Source: an uncultured Gemmatimonadaceae bacterium
GTDB taxonomy: Bacteria; Gemmatimonadota; Gemmatimonadetes; Gemmatimonadales; Gemmatimonadaceae
Assembly (NCBI GenBank): GCA_963829055.1
Contig: CAWHHI010000011.1
Span: forward strand, 384,001-448,000
Reading direction: 5' to 3'
DNA length: 64,000 bases
In this document: piece by piece, positions 1 through 11,548 of the stretch
Numbering within the stretch: the first letter of the stretch is position 1
Layout: each line of letters opens with the position of its first letter
Made by a program: the position numbers and the translations under genes
Notes under the pieces: generated by a model
The model's database searches: none
Told to the model about the DNA's origin: nothing
The model's input: the letters and a program-made list of their open reading frames with translations, nothing else

Positions 1-1349
1 ATCGGCATCGACGGCAACGTGCTGCTCTTTCTCCTGGCGCTCTCCGTAGTCACCGCGGTGATCTTCGGCGTGCTGCCGGCGCTGCAGATGTCGCGCGGGA
101 TGCCTATCGCGTCGCTTCGCGAAGGCCGGACGCGGTACGCGCGGCGGCATCGCCCGCCGTGGGCTGCGGCAGGCGCTGGTCGTGTCCGAAGTGGCGCTGG
201 CGGTGGTGCTGGTGGTGGGTGCGTCGCTGCTCGTGAAGAGCTTCTGGAAGATGCAGCGCGTGGACCCTGGCTTCGTGCCCGATCGCATGCTGGTCGTGCA
301 GATTCAGCTTCCGCAGTCGCGTTATGCGGGGTTCGCGAATGGCGATCGCGTGCGCGCGTTCTACGCCGATCTGTATGCGCGCCTCGCGGCACGGCCGGAG
401 GTCCAGTCGGTCGCTGTAGCGATGCAGCACCCGCTCTCACCCGGGTGGACGTCGAGCTTCACGATTGCCGGCCGCGAGCCGCCGCCTGCCGGTCAGGAGC
501 CGGAGTCGAGCATCCGCCCTGTGATGCCGGGTTATTTCCGCGCGGTCGGCGCGAAGCTGCTTCGTGGACGCGAGATCAAGGAATCGGATGGCGTCGGCGC
601 GCCGGGTGTCGTCGTGATCAACGAGGCGTTCGCGAGGCTGCACTTCCCTAACGAGGACCCGACTCGGTCGGCGTATCGAGCGCGCCTCGTGGTGGAAGGG
701 CATGCCGTCGTCGTACGAGATCGTGGGCATCGTCGCGGACGAACGATTCAACGGACCGCGCGCGCCAGCCGATCCGGCGACGTATTTCTCGCTCGCGCAG
801 TTCACGTTCAACGACAACTGGCTGCTCGTGCGCACGAAGACGGACGCGAAGGCATTCGCGCCGATGCTGCGGCAGATCGTGTGGTCGATGGACCGCGATC
901 TCCCGCTCGAGAACGTCCGCACCATGGACGAGATCCTCGGAGACTCGGTCGCGGATTCCCGGTTCAATACGGTGCTGTTGTCGCTCTTCGCGGTGGTCGC
1001 GCTCGTGTTGGCGGCAATCGGGATCTACGGTGTGCTGGCCTACATGGTGGCGCAGCGCACGAGCGAGATCGGACTTCGGATGGCACTCGGCGCGCAGCGC
1101 TCGAGTGTGCTGCGACTCGTGGTGGGCAACGGACTCACGCTCGCGATCATCGGAGTGGCGATCGGCGCGGCGGGAAGTCTCGTGGCCACTCGGGCGCTCG
1201 AGCGACTGGTATTCGGCGTGAGCACGACGGATCCCGGTGTGTTCATTGCGGTGGCGGTGGCGCTCACGGCGGTCGCAGGGACTGCAGCGTTGGTCCCGGC
1301 GCTGCGGGCGAGCCGAGTAGACCCGATTATCGCGATACGAAGCGAGTGA
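1..1349 (+). CDS. ADOP-family duplicated ABC transporter permease (MacB/FtsX-like), 5'-truncated by window, frameshifted
   Basis: Joined frames give 'VLLFLLALSVVTAVIFGVLPAL', 'SEVALAVVLVVGASLLVKSFWKMQRVDPGF' and 'LAAIGIYGVLAYMVAQRTSEIGLRMALGAQR...PALRASRVDPIIAIRSE*', typical of ADOP permeases. Confidence 0.9.
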
Positions 1350-1397
1350 TTCCCGGGGTCGAGTTCGGATCAGCGCGGGTCAAGGCCATCGCGCCGG

Positions 1398-1631
1398 GGC
1401 CGGTGGGAACTGCGATTGCGCGGATGTACTGCGAAACGGCCGGATACGGCTTTGCATTGACGCGGGCTCATCGCCGGACCCTGAACTAATGGGAACGGCC
1501 GCTCGGGACGTATCCTGCGTCACGAGCGGCCGTTCCCAAGAATCCCGGCTCGTTGCGTGAGGAGCGTGGATGCTACCGAGCGGTATCCTGATTCTTCCGT
1601 TTCATCCGCCCAATCGCAGTTCCCACCGGCC
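1398..1631. repeat. Long nested palindromic intergenic element between convergent genes
   Basis: 1399-1426 is the reverse complement of 1603-1630 (27/28 match); central hairpin 1490-1538 has a perfect 16-bp stem TGGGAACGGCCGCTCG/CGAGCGGCCGTTCCCA; weaker pairing extends to about 1352/1657. Confidence 0.85.
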
Positions 1632-1663
1632 GCGAAGCGCTATGCGACTCGACCTCGGCCCGC

Positions 1664-2082
1664 CTAGCCGACGAGATCCATTTGACCAGCATCGCCACCT
1701 TCGCGATGCCCATCGCGGCAATCGGCAGCAGCGTTAGGCCCACCGAGAAAATCAGCCCCTGCCGGAACAATGGCGGGCCCACGCGCGGGGTCTCGTCGCG
1801 CCACGCGCGCTGCATCGCCGCCTCGGTCATGAATCCGAGCGAGTAAAAGAGATTCGCCAGCACGCCGTAGGCGACGATGCCCGGCCAGAGCATCGACAAG
1901 CTCAAGCTCATCGAGAACGGCGGCAGGAGTGCCAGCACCTTCAGCGCCGTGATCGTCACGAGGCCGGTCGCACCGACGACGACGTTGAACGTCAGGCGGC
2001 GCGATTCCCACCACCGGAGGATTCCGCCGGTGTTACGCACCTCGGCGGGCGCGGGAAAGAGGACACGTGTGAGGGCAGACAA
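1664..2082 (-). CDS. Hypothetical integral membrane protein (about 3 TM segments)
   Basis: ORF 'MSALTRVLFPAP..WWESRRLTFNVVVGATG..GIVAYGVLANLFYSLG..FRQGLIFSVGLTLLP'; true stop probably near 1664 (the ORF-track version runs on into the palindrome). Confidence 0.7.
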
Positions 2083-2141
2083 GCGAAGCTCCGAGCAAGC
2101 GTCTCAAGCAACCTAGCCCGGCGTCCGGGATTGATCAAGTA

Positions 2142-2156
2142 CTTTGCAATGCAGAG
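2142..2156. promoter_or_regulatory. Putative operator palindrome
   Basis: CTTTGCA-A-TGCAGAG, a near-perfect inverted repeat in an AT-richer patch about 60 bp upstream of the 1664-2082 gene. Confidence 0.35.
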
Positions 2157-2252
2157 GGTCCTCGGTGGGAACTCAGGGAGCGGCCAGCGGTAGAGTTTGC
2201 CGGGCATCATCACATTGCCCTGAGTCCCGCGGTCTCGATCCCATCAACATTC

Positions 2253-2325
2253 ATGGCGAACTACATCACGCTGCTCCGGACACTCCTGTCGTTCGCCGTC
2301 GTCGCCATGCTACACGTGCGTCGTT
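2253..2325 (+). pseudogene. Possible 5' remnant of a CDP-alcohol phosphatidyltransferase-like gene
   Basis: 'MANYITLLRTLLSFAVVAMLHVR' resembles the N-terminal 'N.ITL.R' motif of PgsA-like enzymes; the frame then becomes non-protein-like and meets the 3' end of lhr. Confidence 0.35.
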
Positions 2326-2399
2326 CGCGGGCTGCCCGTAGTGGCCGAAGCGCGCCGACTCGTCCAGCGTTAGGCACCCGGAGCAGCCCAGCGCCGCAG

Positions 2400-5300
2400 T
2401 CAGGGCCCGAAGTCGAGCGCCTTTCGCAGCGTGAGGCCGTCGCGACGAAATCCAACCGCGACGAAAGCGCCCGAGTGTGGGCTGCGCGTGGCCGCCGCGC
2501 CATCGATCGTTTCGATCTCGAGGTCGTGCCGCCGCTGGCCTCCCGGAGACGGCAGCGACAAGTGCGCGACGAGCGACTCGGCCGCGGCGCGCGCGTCCTC
2601 CTCGGACGTGTCCGCTGCGACGATGATGCGCCGACCGCGCGCTTCCGCCGACATGATCACCCGACCCCGCATGGTGACGAGCAGCGCCCCGCGCCCCCTG
2701 CGGCCGCGCGAGCGCGGGGCGATCGTTCTCGTCCACGACGAGCGGCAACGCGTAGGCGTTCGCCGGGTCGGTCACCGACATCGTGACGGCTGGAGCGCTC
2801 GCATCGGCAGCCGCGTCTCGTAGCGCATCCACCGCGGCAGCCGAGGCGAATTGCGCACCAGCGAGCCCGCGAACGAAATAGCCGCGGCGGACTTCGCCAC
2901 GTAATTCCAGTCGGCGCAGCTCGCGGTAGATGAGTCGCCACGACACCGCGGGCCGTTCGCGTCGCCACCAGTCTCGCGTCACGATCCCGTAGCGATCGAG
3001 CCATTGGCGCGCGATCGCCTCGGCGCGGGTCTCATCGTCCTCGGCCGGCCCCATGATGCCCGGCGTCCTAACGAGTGACCAGCGGCCGACCCAGCCGTCC
3101 CGCCCGCCCGGCAGATCGGGACGTCGCCATTTCGGCAACCGCCGGAGGTTTGGACGTCGCTGCACAATCGGTCGGCCAGGCGAGGGCGAGAAGTCAGCCG
3201 GAAGCCAGCGCGTCGGGTCCGGATCGTCTCGACGATTCCCTGGGAGCAGCGGGCGAAACCTGATGACTTCGCGCAAGGCTTCCGCACTGTCGTTCGTGAC
3301 GAGTCCCGCCGCAGCGAGCTCGCGCAACGCTTCTCGCAGCGCGAGCATCGTGAGTCCTGTCGCGGCTTGCAGGTCGCTGACGAACGACGCGCCGTATGAT
3401 CGCAGCACTTCCACGGTCTTTGTCGCGGCGTCGCTGAGCGCTGCCTTCGCAACCGGTTGCTGCGTGCCGCCCGCGTCGGGCGAAGGGTCAGACGGTGCGA
3501 GCCACCGTGACGCCGTCCCGCGCTCGACGAAGCGGAGCCCCGTGAGCGCGCGCGCCTCGCTGCGCTCCGTCGAACCGGCGTCGCCGATCCAGACGACTGC
3601 GCCGCTCTGCGTGAGCGTGCTGAGCGCCGTCGCGTCGTACGGCCTAACGCGAGACGGCAGGTAGTCGCGCTCCCACGCCAACGGCGGGACGAACGATGCC
3701 GGCAAGCTGACGCACCGCCACGCCAACACCTTCGCCACCGGCGAGACGATCGCGCGGGTCGAGGTGCTGCCACCGCTGCAGGAACGCCACGAGGTCCGGG
3801 AGACCTACGGCCGTGATCTGCTGCCTCGCGTGTCGCCAGCGCTCGGCGACGCGCGTGCTCGAGCACGCGCCGCGAACACCAGCGCGCCACACTTCGATCG
3901 TTGCCGTAGAAGCCGCGAACGAGCTTCCCTTCCCGCTGCCACTCTTCGAGGCGCGCGGCGATCCACGACTCGGGAAAGTCGTACCGAGCGCGGATCTCGT
4001 CGACCGACACGGGGCCCGAGAGTGTCAGCCACCGTGCGAGAATCTCCCGCCGCGCTGCGCCGCGACTGAGTACGGGCTCACGAAGCGTGGCGGGCACGAC
4101 GTCGGCGGCAGGGCGCGCGTCGAGGTCCGGTCCGGACTCGTACGATCGTACCGGCGTCCAGACGCGAATGCGGCCGCATAACGCGCGAACGTCTCGGTGA
4201 GGATCAGCCGCGTCGCTCCGTCCTCCGCCGACGGCGTGCTCGCGGCGGGGACGTCGATGCCGATCAGACGCGTCGCTCGCGAGAAGATCGACGAGCGGAT
4301 CGCCGCGGGTCCATCGGGCCGGATCGGCGACGCGCTCACGGGCTTCATCGAGCGTGACGTCACCCGCGCGGTCGATGAGCGCTGCAAGCTCGTCGGCGTT
4401 TCGCGCGCGACGATTCGCGCGCGGTACCACGCCGAATCGCGAGCACTTCGTCGATCGCTTCCGTCGTTTCGGGATCGGCGCCTTCGCTGCCCATGACTTC
4501 GTCGAGCAGCGCGCGGTCGAGCGAGAGATACGCGGCCCGCTGTTCGGCGCGCGGCGTGTCGTCGACGTACAGCCAGTCCATGACGAACCCGAACTGCAGC
4601 GACGCCGCGAACGGCGACGGCCGATCGAGCTCTACGACGCGAACGCGGATCGCACCGCTGCGCAGGTCGCCGAGCACGCGTCGCGAGCGCGGACATGTCG
4701 AACGCGTCCTGCAGCACGTCGCGATACGTCTCGACGAGAATCGGGAACGACGGGAACGCTCTGGACGGTCTGCAAGCAGATCGAGCGCCTTGAGTCGCTG
4801 CAGCCACAGCGGCATGCGCGTCTGCGGATTGCCGCGCGGCAGGAGCAGCGCACGAGCAGCGTTCATGCGGAAGCGCGCGCCGAACAGCGACGTGCTCCCG
4901 ACTTCGTCGAGGATGCGCCGCTCTGCCTCGGCGGCTCGAGCCCGAGGATCGCGTCGACCGGAATGCGGTCCGCCGAGGTTGGGCAGGCGAAGCATGATCC
5001 CATCATCGGTCGTTTGACTTGAACATCGGGACTGGGAACTCGGGAACCGGGAACCGGGTCTCCCGAACCAGTTGCCGGTTCCCCGTTCCCTGTTCCCGAT
5101 TCCCGACAGCGCTTCGCGCACGCGCTGCGCCAGCGCCATTCCCCACGGCGCGTTCACTCGACCACCGAACGGCGCGTGCAGGACGATGCGAACGGCGCCG
5201 ACCTCGTCGCGGAAATGCTCGAGCACGAGCTCGCGGTCGTCAGGCACCGAACCGCACACCGCGCGTTGCTCGCGCACGTAGCCGACGAGCGAGCGCATCG

Positions 5301-7172
5301 TCGCCCGGTCCGCGGAGTAGCGCGTCGGCGAGCACGTCGAGCGCCGCTTCGTCATCCGGATCGACGCCGCGACCGTGCGACGCAGCTCGCCGATGCGGTG
5401 GCTCAGGTGGAACGAGCGCGCCATGTACTCGCCGTGCCAGAACGGCATCCGCGCGGGCGCGCCCGGGCGCCGGCGTCACGATGACGCGGTCGTGCTCGAT
5501 GGCCGAGATCCGCCACGTGCTCGAGCCGAGCTGGAAGACGTCGCCGACGCGCGACTCGTGCACGAACTCCTCGTCGAGCTCGCCGAGTCGCGTGCGGTCC
5601 GGAAGATTGACCGTGTAGAGACCGCGATCGGGGATCGTTCCGCCGGAGATGACCGCCGTCATGCGACTGGCGCGCGATCCCGTTAGGCGATCGGTCACGC
5701 GGTCCCACGTCAGGCGCTGCGCGAGCTCGGCGGCGAGGTCCGACGGATACTTCCCGGACAGCATCGCCAGCACTTCGTCGAACGCGGCTCGCGTGAGCGT
5801 CTGGTACGGATACGCCCGTCGAACGACGCTCGAACAGATCGGCCGACGTCCAGTCGTCCACCGACACCGCGGCGACGATGACCTGCGCGAGCACGTCGAG
5901 CGCGTTGTGCACGACGCGCGTCGGCTCGACGTCGCCGTCGCGCATCGCCTGGACGATCGCCGGTGAGCTCCATCGCGTCGTCGAGGAACGTCGGAACGAA
6001 CACCCCGCGGCTCACGGCACCGAGCGTGTGCCCGGCGCGTCCGACGCGCTGCAGTCCGTTCGCGACTCGCTTCGGGCTCTGGAGCTGAATCACGAGATCG
6101 ACCGACCCGATGTCGATGCCCAGCTCCAGGGAGCTCGTGCTGACGAGCGCGCGCAGATCACCGGCCTTGAGGCGCTGCTCGAGCAGCAGGCGTCGCTCGC
6201 GCGACAGCGACCCGTGATACGGCAGCGCGAGCTGCTCGTCCGGCGAGCGTGTTGATGCGCGCCGCCATGCGCTCTGCCTGGCCGCGATTGTTCACGAACA
6301 CGAGCGTCGTGCGCGCCGCGCGGATGCGCTCGAGCACGAGCGGCGCGACGGACGTCCAGATCGTGCCGCCGACGTCGCTCAGGTCCGGGACCGGCGAGAC
6401 GATCGCCGTCTCGGTCTTCTTCACGAGGCCGCAGTCGACGATGCGGCAGTCGCGCGCGCCGACGAGAAACCGCGCGATCTCCTCGAGCGGTCGCTGCGTC
6501 GCCGACAGGCCGATGCGCTGCAGCGGGCGCCCAACGAGATGCTCGAGGCGCTCGAGCGTGAGCGCGAGGTGCGCGCCGCGCTTCGTGCCGGCCACCGCGT
6601 GGATCTCATCGACGATCACCGCGCGAAGCGCGCTGAACATGCCGCGGCCCGCGCAGGCTCGTGAGCAGGATGTGCAGCGACTCGGGCGTCGTGATGAGGA
6701 TGTGCGGCGTCGTGCGCATCATCCGCGCGCGCGCGGACGCGGGCGTGTCACCCGTTCGCACGGCGACGCGGATCTCGGGAAACTCCTCGCCGTCCGCGAT
6801 GAAGCGCTCGCGCAGCTCCGCGAGCGGACGCTCGAGGTTGCGCTGGATGTCGTTGTTGAGCGCCTTGAGCGGCGAGATGTAGAGGAGGTGGATCGCGTTC
6901 GCGAGCGGACGCTCGAGGCCATCGGTGATGAGCGCGTTGAGCTCCCAGAGGAACGCCGCGAGCGTCTTGCCCGTGCCGGTCGGCGCGAGGATGAGCGCGT
7001 TCTCGCCGCTCGCGATCGCCGGCCAGCCCCTGCTGCTGCGGCGCGCTCGGCGCGCCTAACGTTTCGGTGAACCACCGGCGGACGATCGGATGGAAGTCGC
7101 GGAGCGCCGCTTGCGCGGCCGGTGCTGCGCGCGAACCACGCGACCGGCGTGCCCGCCTCGCGGCGTCGCCAT
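2400..7172 (-). CDS. lhr: Lhr-family long DEAD/DEAH-box helicase (multiple indels)
   Basis: Joined frames: '[16 protein letters not shown]', Walker A 'LAPTGTGKT', '[25 protein letters not shown]', 'GLSATQRPL', 'LQRVGRAGH', '[11 protein letters not shown]', '[20 protein letters not shown]', C-terminal 'LDRYGIVTR...[17 protein letters not shown]'. Confidence 0.9.
5026..5106. repeat. Palindromic GGGAACC-type repeat insert within lhr
   Basis: TCGGGACTGGGAACTCGGGAACCGGGAACCGG...CCGGTTCCCCGTTCCCTGTTCCCGATTCCCGA; reads '[26 protein letters not shown]' between the conserved blocks '[17 protein letters not shown]' and '[12 protein letters not shown]'. Confidence 0.7.
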
Positions 7173-7411
7173 CGTCAGTCGAGCGTCGCGAGGCGCCGGC
7201 GCGAGCCGGACGACCGTTCGGCTTCGGGACGATCTGTCCCACGACCGCACAGCGCGCTCGCCCGGACCTCGCGGCGAGCGACGCGACAACCGATTGTGAC
7301 GCAACGACATGGCACAACGTCGCCGCGGCACGAAGCTTTCGTTTGGGACAGGCAATCATTCGCAGGCGCTCCATCCTCCTGCTCCAGCCTCATCCGGGTC
7401 ATCAGACAGCC

Positions 7412-9851
7412 GTGCTTCAAGATATTCGCTACGCCGCGCGGAAGCTTTCGCGCACGCCCGGCTTCACGCTCATCGCCGCGTTCACGCTCGCGCTCGCGAT
7501 CGGCGCGACGACCGCGATCTTCAGCGTCATCGACGGCGTGCTCCTCAAGCCGCTGCCGTTCCGCGACCCCGAGCGCGTCGTCCGCGTGACGAACATGCGC
7601 GACGGGAATCGCATGGTCGTCGTCGGTGCCCGGACTTCCTCGACTTCCGCACCCAGATCGAAGTCGTTCTCGTCGATGGCGGCGATCGACAATCAGGCGA
7701 TGAACCTGACCGGCGGCTCCGAGCCCGAGCGCGTGCAGGCGGCGCGCGTCAGCGCGACGTTCTGGAGTCTGCTCGGCGTCACGCCGCCGATCGGCCGCGG
7801 CTTCGCGCCGAACGAGGACGCGCAGTCCGCCGGGCGCGTCGTCGTGTTGAGCGACGGGCTGTGGAAGCGACGCTTCGGCGCCGATCGACGCATCGTCGGC
7901 AAGACGATCGCGCTCGACGGCAACACGCTACACCGTGATCGGCGTCGCGCCGCCGCGGTTCAGCTTCCCGGACCGCCCCGACGTCTGGGTTCCGCTCGTC
8001 TTCTGCACCGGACGACCTCAATCCCGAGAACCGCGGCGCGCACTGGATGGGGATGATCGGCCGTCTCGCGCCTAACGTGACGGTCGCGCAGGCCACGGCC
8101 GAGCTGGTCACGCTGACCCGGCGGCTGGAGCAGCAGTATCCCGGAGTCGAACACGAACATGACGCGGCGCGGTCATCCCGATGCAGGAGTACATGGTCGG
8201 CGATGTGCGTCCGGCGCTCTACGTCATGCTCGGCGCCGTGGCGTTCGTGCTGCTCATCGCGTGCGCCAACGTCGCGAACCTGCTGCTCGTGCGGGCGGCG
8301 TCTCGCGAGTCGGAGATGGCGGTGCGCACCGCGCTCGGCGCCGGGTGCGTGGCGAATCGTTCGGCAGCTCGTGACCGAGAGCGTGCTGCTCGCGGTCGTC
8401 GGCGGCGTGTTCGGAACGCTGCTCGCGCTGTGGGGCGTGGACCTGCTGCTCGCGATGGCGCCTAACGGGTTGCCACGGATCAACGAGGTGACGGTCAATC
8501 GGCACGGTGCTCCTGTTCACGGCCGGCGTCGACGGCGCTCACCGGTGTGCTGTTCGGGTTGTTCCCCGCGCTTCACGCGGCGCGCGCGAACGTGAGCGGC
8601 ATGTTGAAGGAGGGCATGCGCGGCTCGAGCGGCGGCGTTGCGAGTCGCCGCGCGCGCAACAGGCTCGTCATGGCGGAGATGGCGCTCGCCGTCGTGCTGC
8701 TCGTCGGCGCCGGACTGCTGATCCGCAGCTTCTCGCAAGCTGCTCGCCGTCGATCCCGGGTTCCGCGCGGAGCGCGTCGTCACGTTCGCGATTGCGGCGC
8801 CGGATACGAAGTACGGTCAGTACGCGCAGCGTCGCGAGCTCGTGCGCCGATCTCATCGAGCGCATGAAGCGCGTGCCGGGAGCGCAGGGCGCGGCGATCG
8901 TCACCGGTCTGCCGCTCGGCAACATCGATGATGCGCACGTCTGCCCACATTGTGGGCACGCCTCCGGATCGGCCGGCGGAGCGGAAGTCCACGGACGTCG
9001 CGATGGTGACGCCCGGGTATTTCACGACCATGGGCATTCCGCTGGTCGGCGGGCGTGACTTCACCGATCGCGACGGGAGCGGCGCGCCGGTCGTGTCGAT
9101 CGTGAATCAGGAGTTCGTCAAGCGCTACTTCCCTAACGAGAACCCGATCGGCAAGCGCATCGCGCTCGGCTGGGACCAGGACACCGCCTCGACGGGTGGC
9201 AACATGACGCTCGGCGGCGAGATCGTCGGCGTCGTCGCCAACGTGAAGCGGCGCGGCCTGAGCCAGGAGGTCTTTCCGGAGACGTACGCGTCGTACATGC
9301 AGCCGACGTTCTCGAACTTCTCGGTCGTCGTGCGGTCGACGGCGGATCCGTCGACGGTCGATGGCGGCCATTCGCGCGCAGGTTCGTGAGCTCGATCGCG
9401 ACCTGCCGTTGAGCGAGCTGCGTCAGCTCAAGGAGCTCGTGTCGGCGTCGGTGTCGCGGCCGCGGTTCTACACGACGATCCTCGGCGTCTTCGCGTCGAT
9501 CGCGCTGATTCTGGCGGCGGTCGGGATCTACGGCGTGATCTCGTACGCGGTGAGCCTGCGAACTCGCGAGCTGGGGATTCGGATCGCACTGGGCGCGACG
9601 GGTCGTCAGGTGTCGGGGCTCGTGCTGCAGCAGGGCGTGGCGCTCGCGATCGCCGGTGTGCGTGGTTGGCGGCGCGGGCGCGTACTGGCTCACGCGACTT
9701 CTGAGCAAGCTGTTGTTCGGCGTGAGCGCGACGGATCCGCTGACGTTCGTCGGCGTCGCCGGCACTTCTGACGGCGATCGCGGCGCTCGCGTCCTTCGTT
9801 CCGGCTCGGCGCGCAGCGCGAGTGGATCCGCTGCTCGCTATGCGAGAGTAA
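7412..9851 (+). CDS. ADOP-family duplicated ABC transporter permease (multiple indels)
   Basis: GTG start '[50 protein letters not shown]', '[17 protein letters not shown]', '[25 protein letters not shown]', ends '[11 protein letters not shown]'. Confidence 0.92.
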
Positions 9852-9866
9852 TGGCGCAACAGAACG

Positions 9867-9991
9867 GGTAATTCGGTTAGCTGGAATTGGTTATCGAGTG
9901 CAGTCTGAACCCTCGGGATGCTCGATCTCGCTTGCGAGAGTCTTCCCGAGGGTTCTGATCACTCGATAACCCGTACCAGTAACCTGTTACC
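9867..9991. repeat. Long imperfect palindrome between convergent genes
   Basis: GGTTATCGAGTG(9889-9900)/CACTCGATAACC(9960-9971), GAACCCTCGGGA/TCCCGAGGGTTC, with outer GGTAA..GGTTA.CTGG/CCAG.TAACC..TTACC. Confidence 0.8.
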
Positions 9992-10006
9992 AGCTCTGTT
10001 GCGCGG

Positions 10007-11214
10007 TTAGTGGCAGGTTCCTGACCCGGAATCCGTGAAGGTCGCCGGCAGCCGGGATGAACTGCCAGTCGTATCCGCCCGCTGTGCAGCGTCAGCTTCA
10101 GCACGCCCATGGACGTGTTGTTGCGGCGCTCGCTGTTCGGCTCGGTGTCGGCTGAACGAGTAGAGCGCTCGCGCCACCGGTGCCGACCGTGAACTGGCGG
10201 ATGCCGTTGGCGCATCGGCGACGGCGTTAGGCGTCTGCGGCGCGAATCGCTCGTACACGTGCTCGTGGCCGTTCAGAACGATCGTCTGCACCGGCCGCGT
10301 AGAGCGCGTCCCAGAACGGCGCCACGTTCAGTGATGGTTCCCGTGCTCTGCGCCGGAGTTGAACCGCGGATGGTGCCAGTACGCGAGCGTGCACGACTTC
10401 GTGTTCGCGGCGAGGTCCGCCTCGAGCCACTGGACCTGCGCGGACGTGGCTGAACAGCTGATCGTCGCTGCAGGCCGAGTTGCTGTTCAGAACGACGATG
10501 TGCCAGGCGCCCAGGTCGTAGCTGTAATACCCCTTGGTCGGGATCGCCCGCCGCGCTGCCGAAGTAGCCGAAGTACCCGGCGGCATCCGCGGTGTGGTAC
10601 TCGTGGTTGCCTGGCGTTGGCATCGTTCGCGCCTTATGTCGGCCCCACGATCGGGTTGTAGCAATTCGCGTAGTCGGTCGCCGACCCGTTCAGGGTACGC
10701 GTTGTCGCCGAGCGTGAACACGGTGCCGGTCGATGCGTCGAGCAATGTTCGCGGTCGCGTCGTCGCCGGTCGAACCACAGACCGCAATGTCACCCGCGCC
10801 AATCGAGCACCTGGCGGCGCGGGCGGGGGGGCGGCGTGGAAACCGTGATCGACGAGTTCCGGACTTGCCACCGGCCGACGCACTGATCGTCGCAGCACCC
10901 GCCGCAACACCGGTGACGAGTCCCGTCGACGACACCGTCGCCACCGCGGTGTTCGACGAGCTCCAGTGAACGTCGTGGCGGATCCGGGCGGGTTCGCAGT
11001 CGCCGTGAGCTGCACCGTTGTGCCAGCCGCGACGGTGGCGCTCGAAGGCGACGACCGAGATCGACTTCACGGTCTTCGGCGGACCCGCCCTTGGCGAACG
11101 ATGGCGCCAGCGTGTCCGGCGCTGGCGGAGCGACGTGTCGGAGCATGCCGCGAACGCGACGGCGACGCTGCCCGATGACAGCCGCGCCGCGTAAACGATG
11201 GTGCGTCTCTGCAT
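10007..11214 (-). CDS. Secreted/lipoprotein calcineurin-like metallophosphoesterase with Ig-like (Big_2) domain (indels)
   Basis: Lipobox-like 'FAAC'; Ig motif '[23 protein letters not shown]'; phosphoesterase motifs 'GAGDIA', 'TLGDNAY', 'PGNHEY', 'YWHHP', '[14 protein letters not shown]'. Confidence 0.8.
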
Positions 11215-11548
11215 AACCTCTCGCTTGCGAATTCGATCCACCGACGTTCGGCCGGTGGAATCACCCACACAAGTGCCGCACCGTCACGCAACAGACATGC
11301 TGCTGACCTGCTGACCTAACGCGGTAACGGCGAGACACACGTGATTTTGGTTACCGACTGGCGCATCGGAGAGAACGGCCATCATCTCCATGGGAACGCG
11401 TGCATCCCCGAGACGCGGCGCCGCTGGCGGCGGCGCTCGCGCCGATGCAACATCCGGGCGCGGCTGCCATTCACGCAACCATCCTCAATGCCCGCACACG
11501 TCTACCTAATCGTCATAATCTTCCCGAACTTCGCGGAGCACAACTCTC

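Noticed and set aside
2400..7172. Lhr as part of an anti-phage defence island
   Set aside because: Neighbours are housekeeping or envelope genes; no nuclease, methyltransferase or other defence partner is adjacent.
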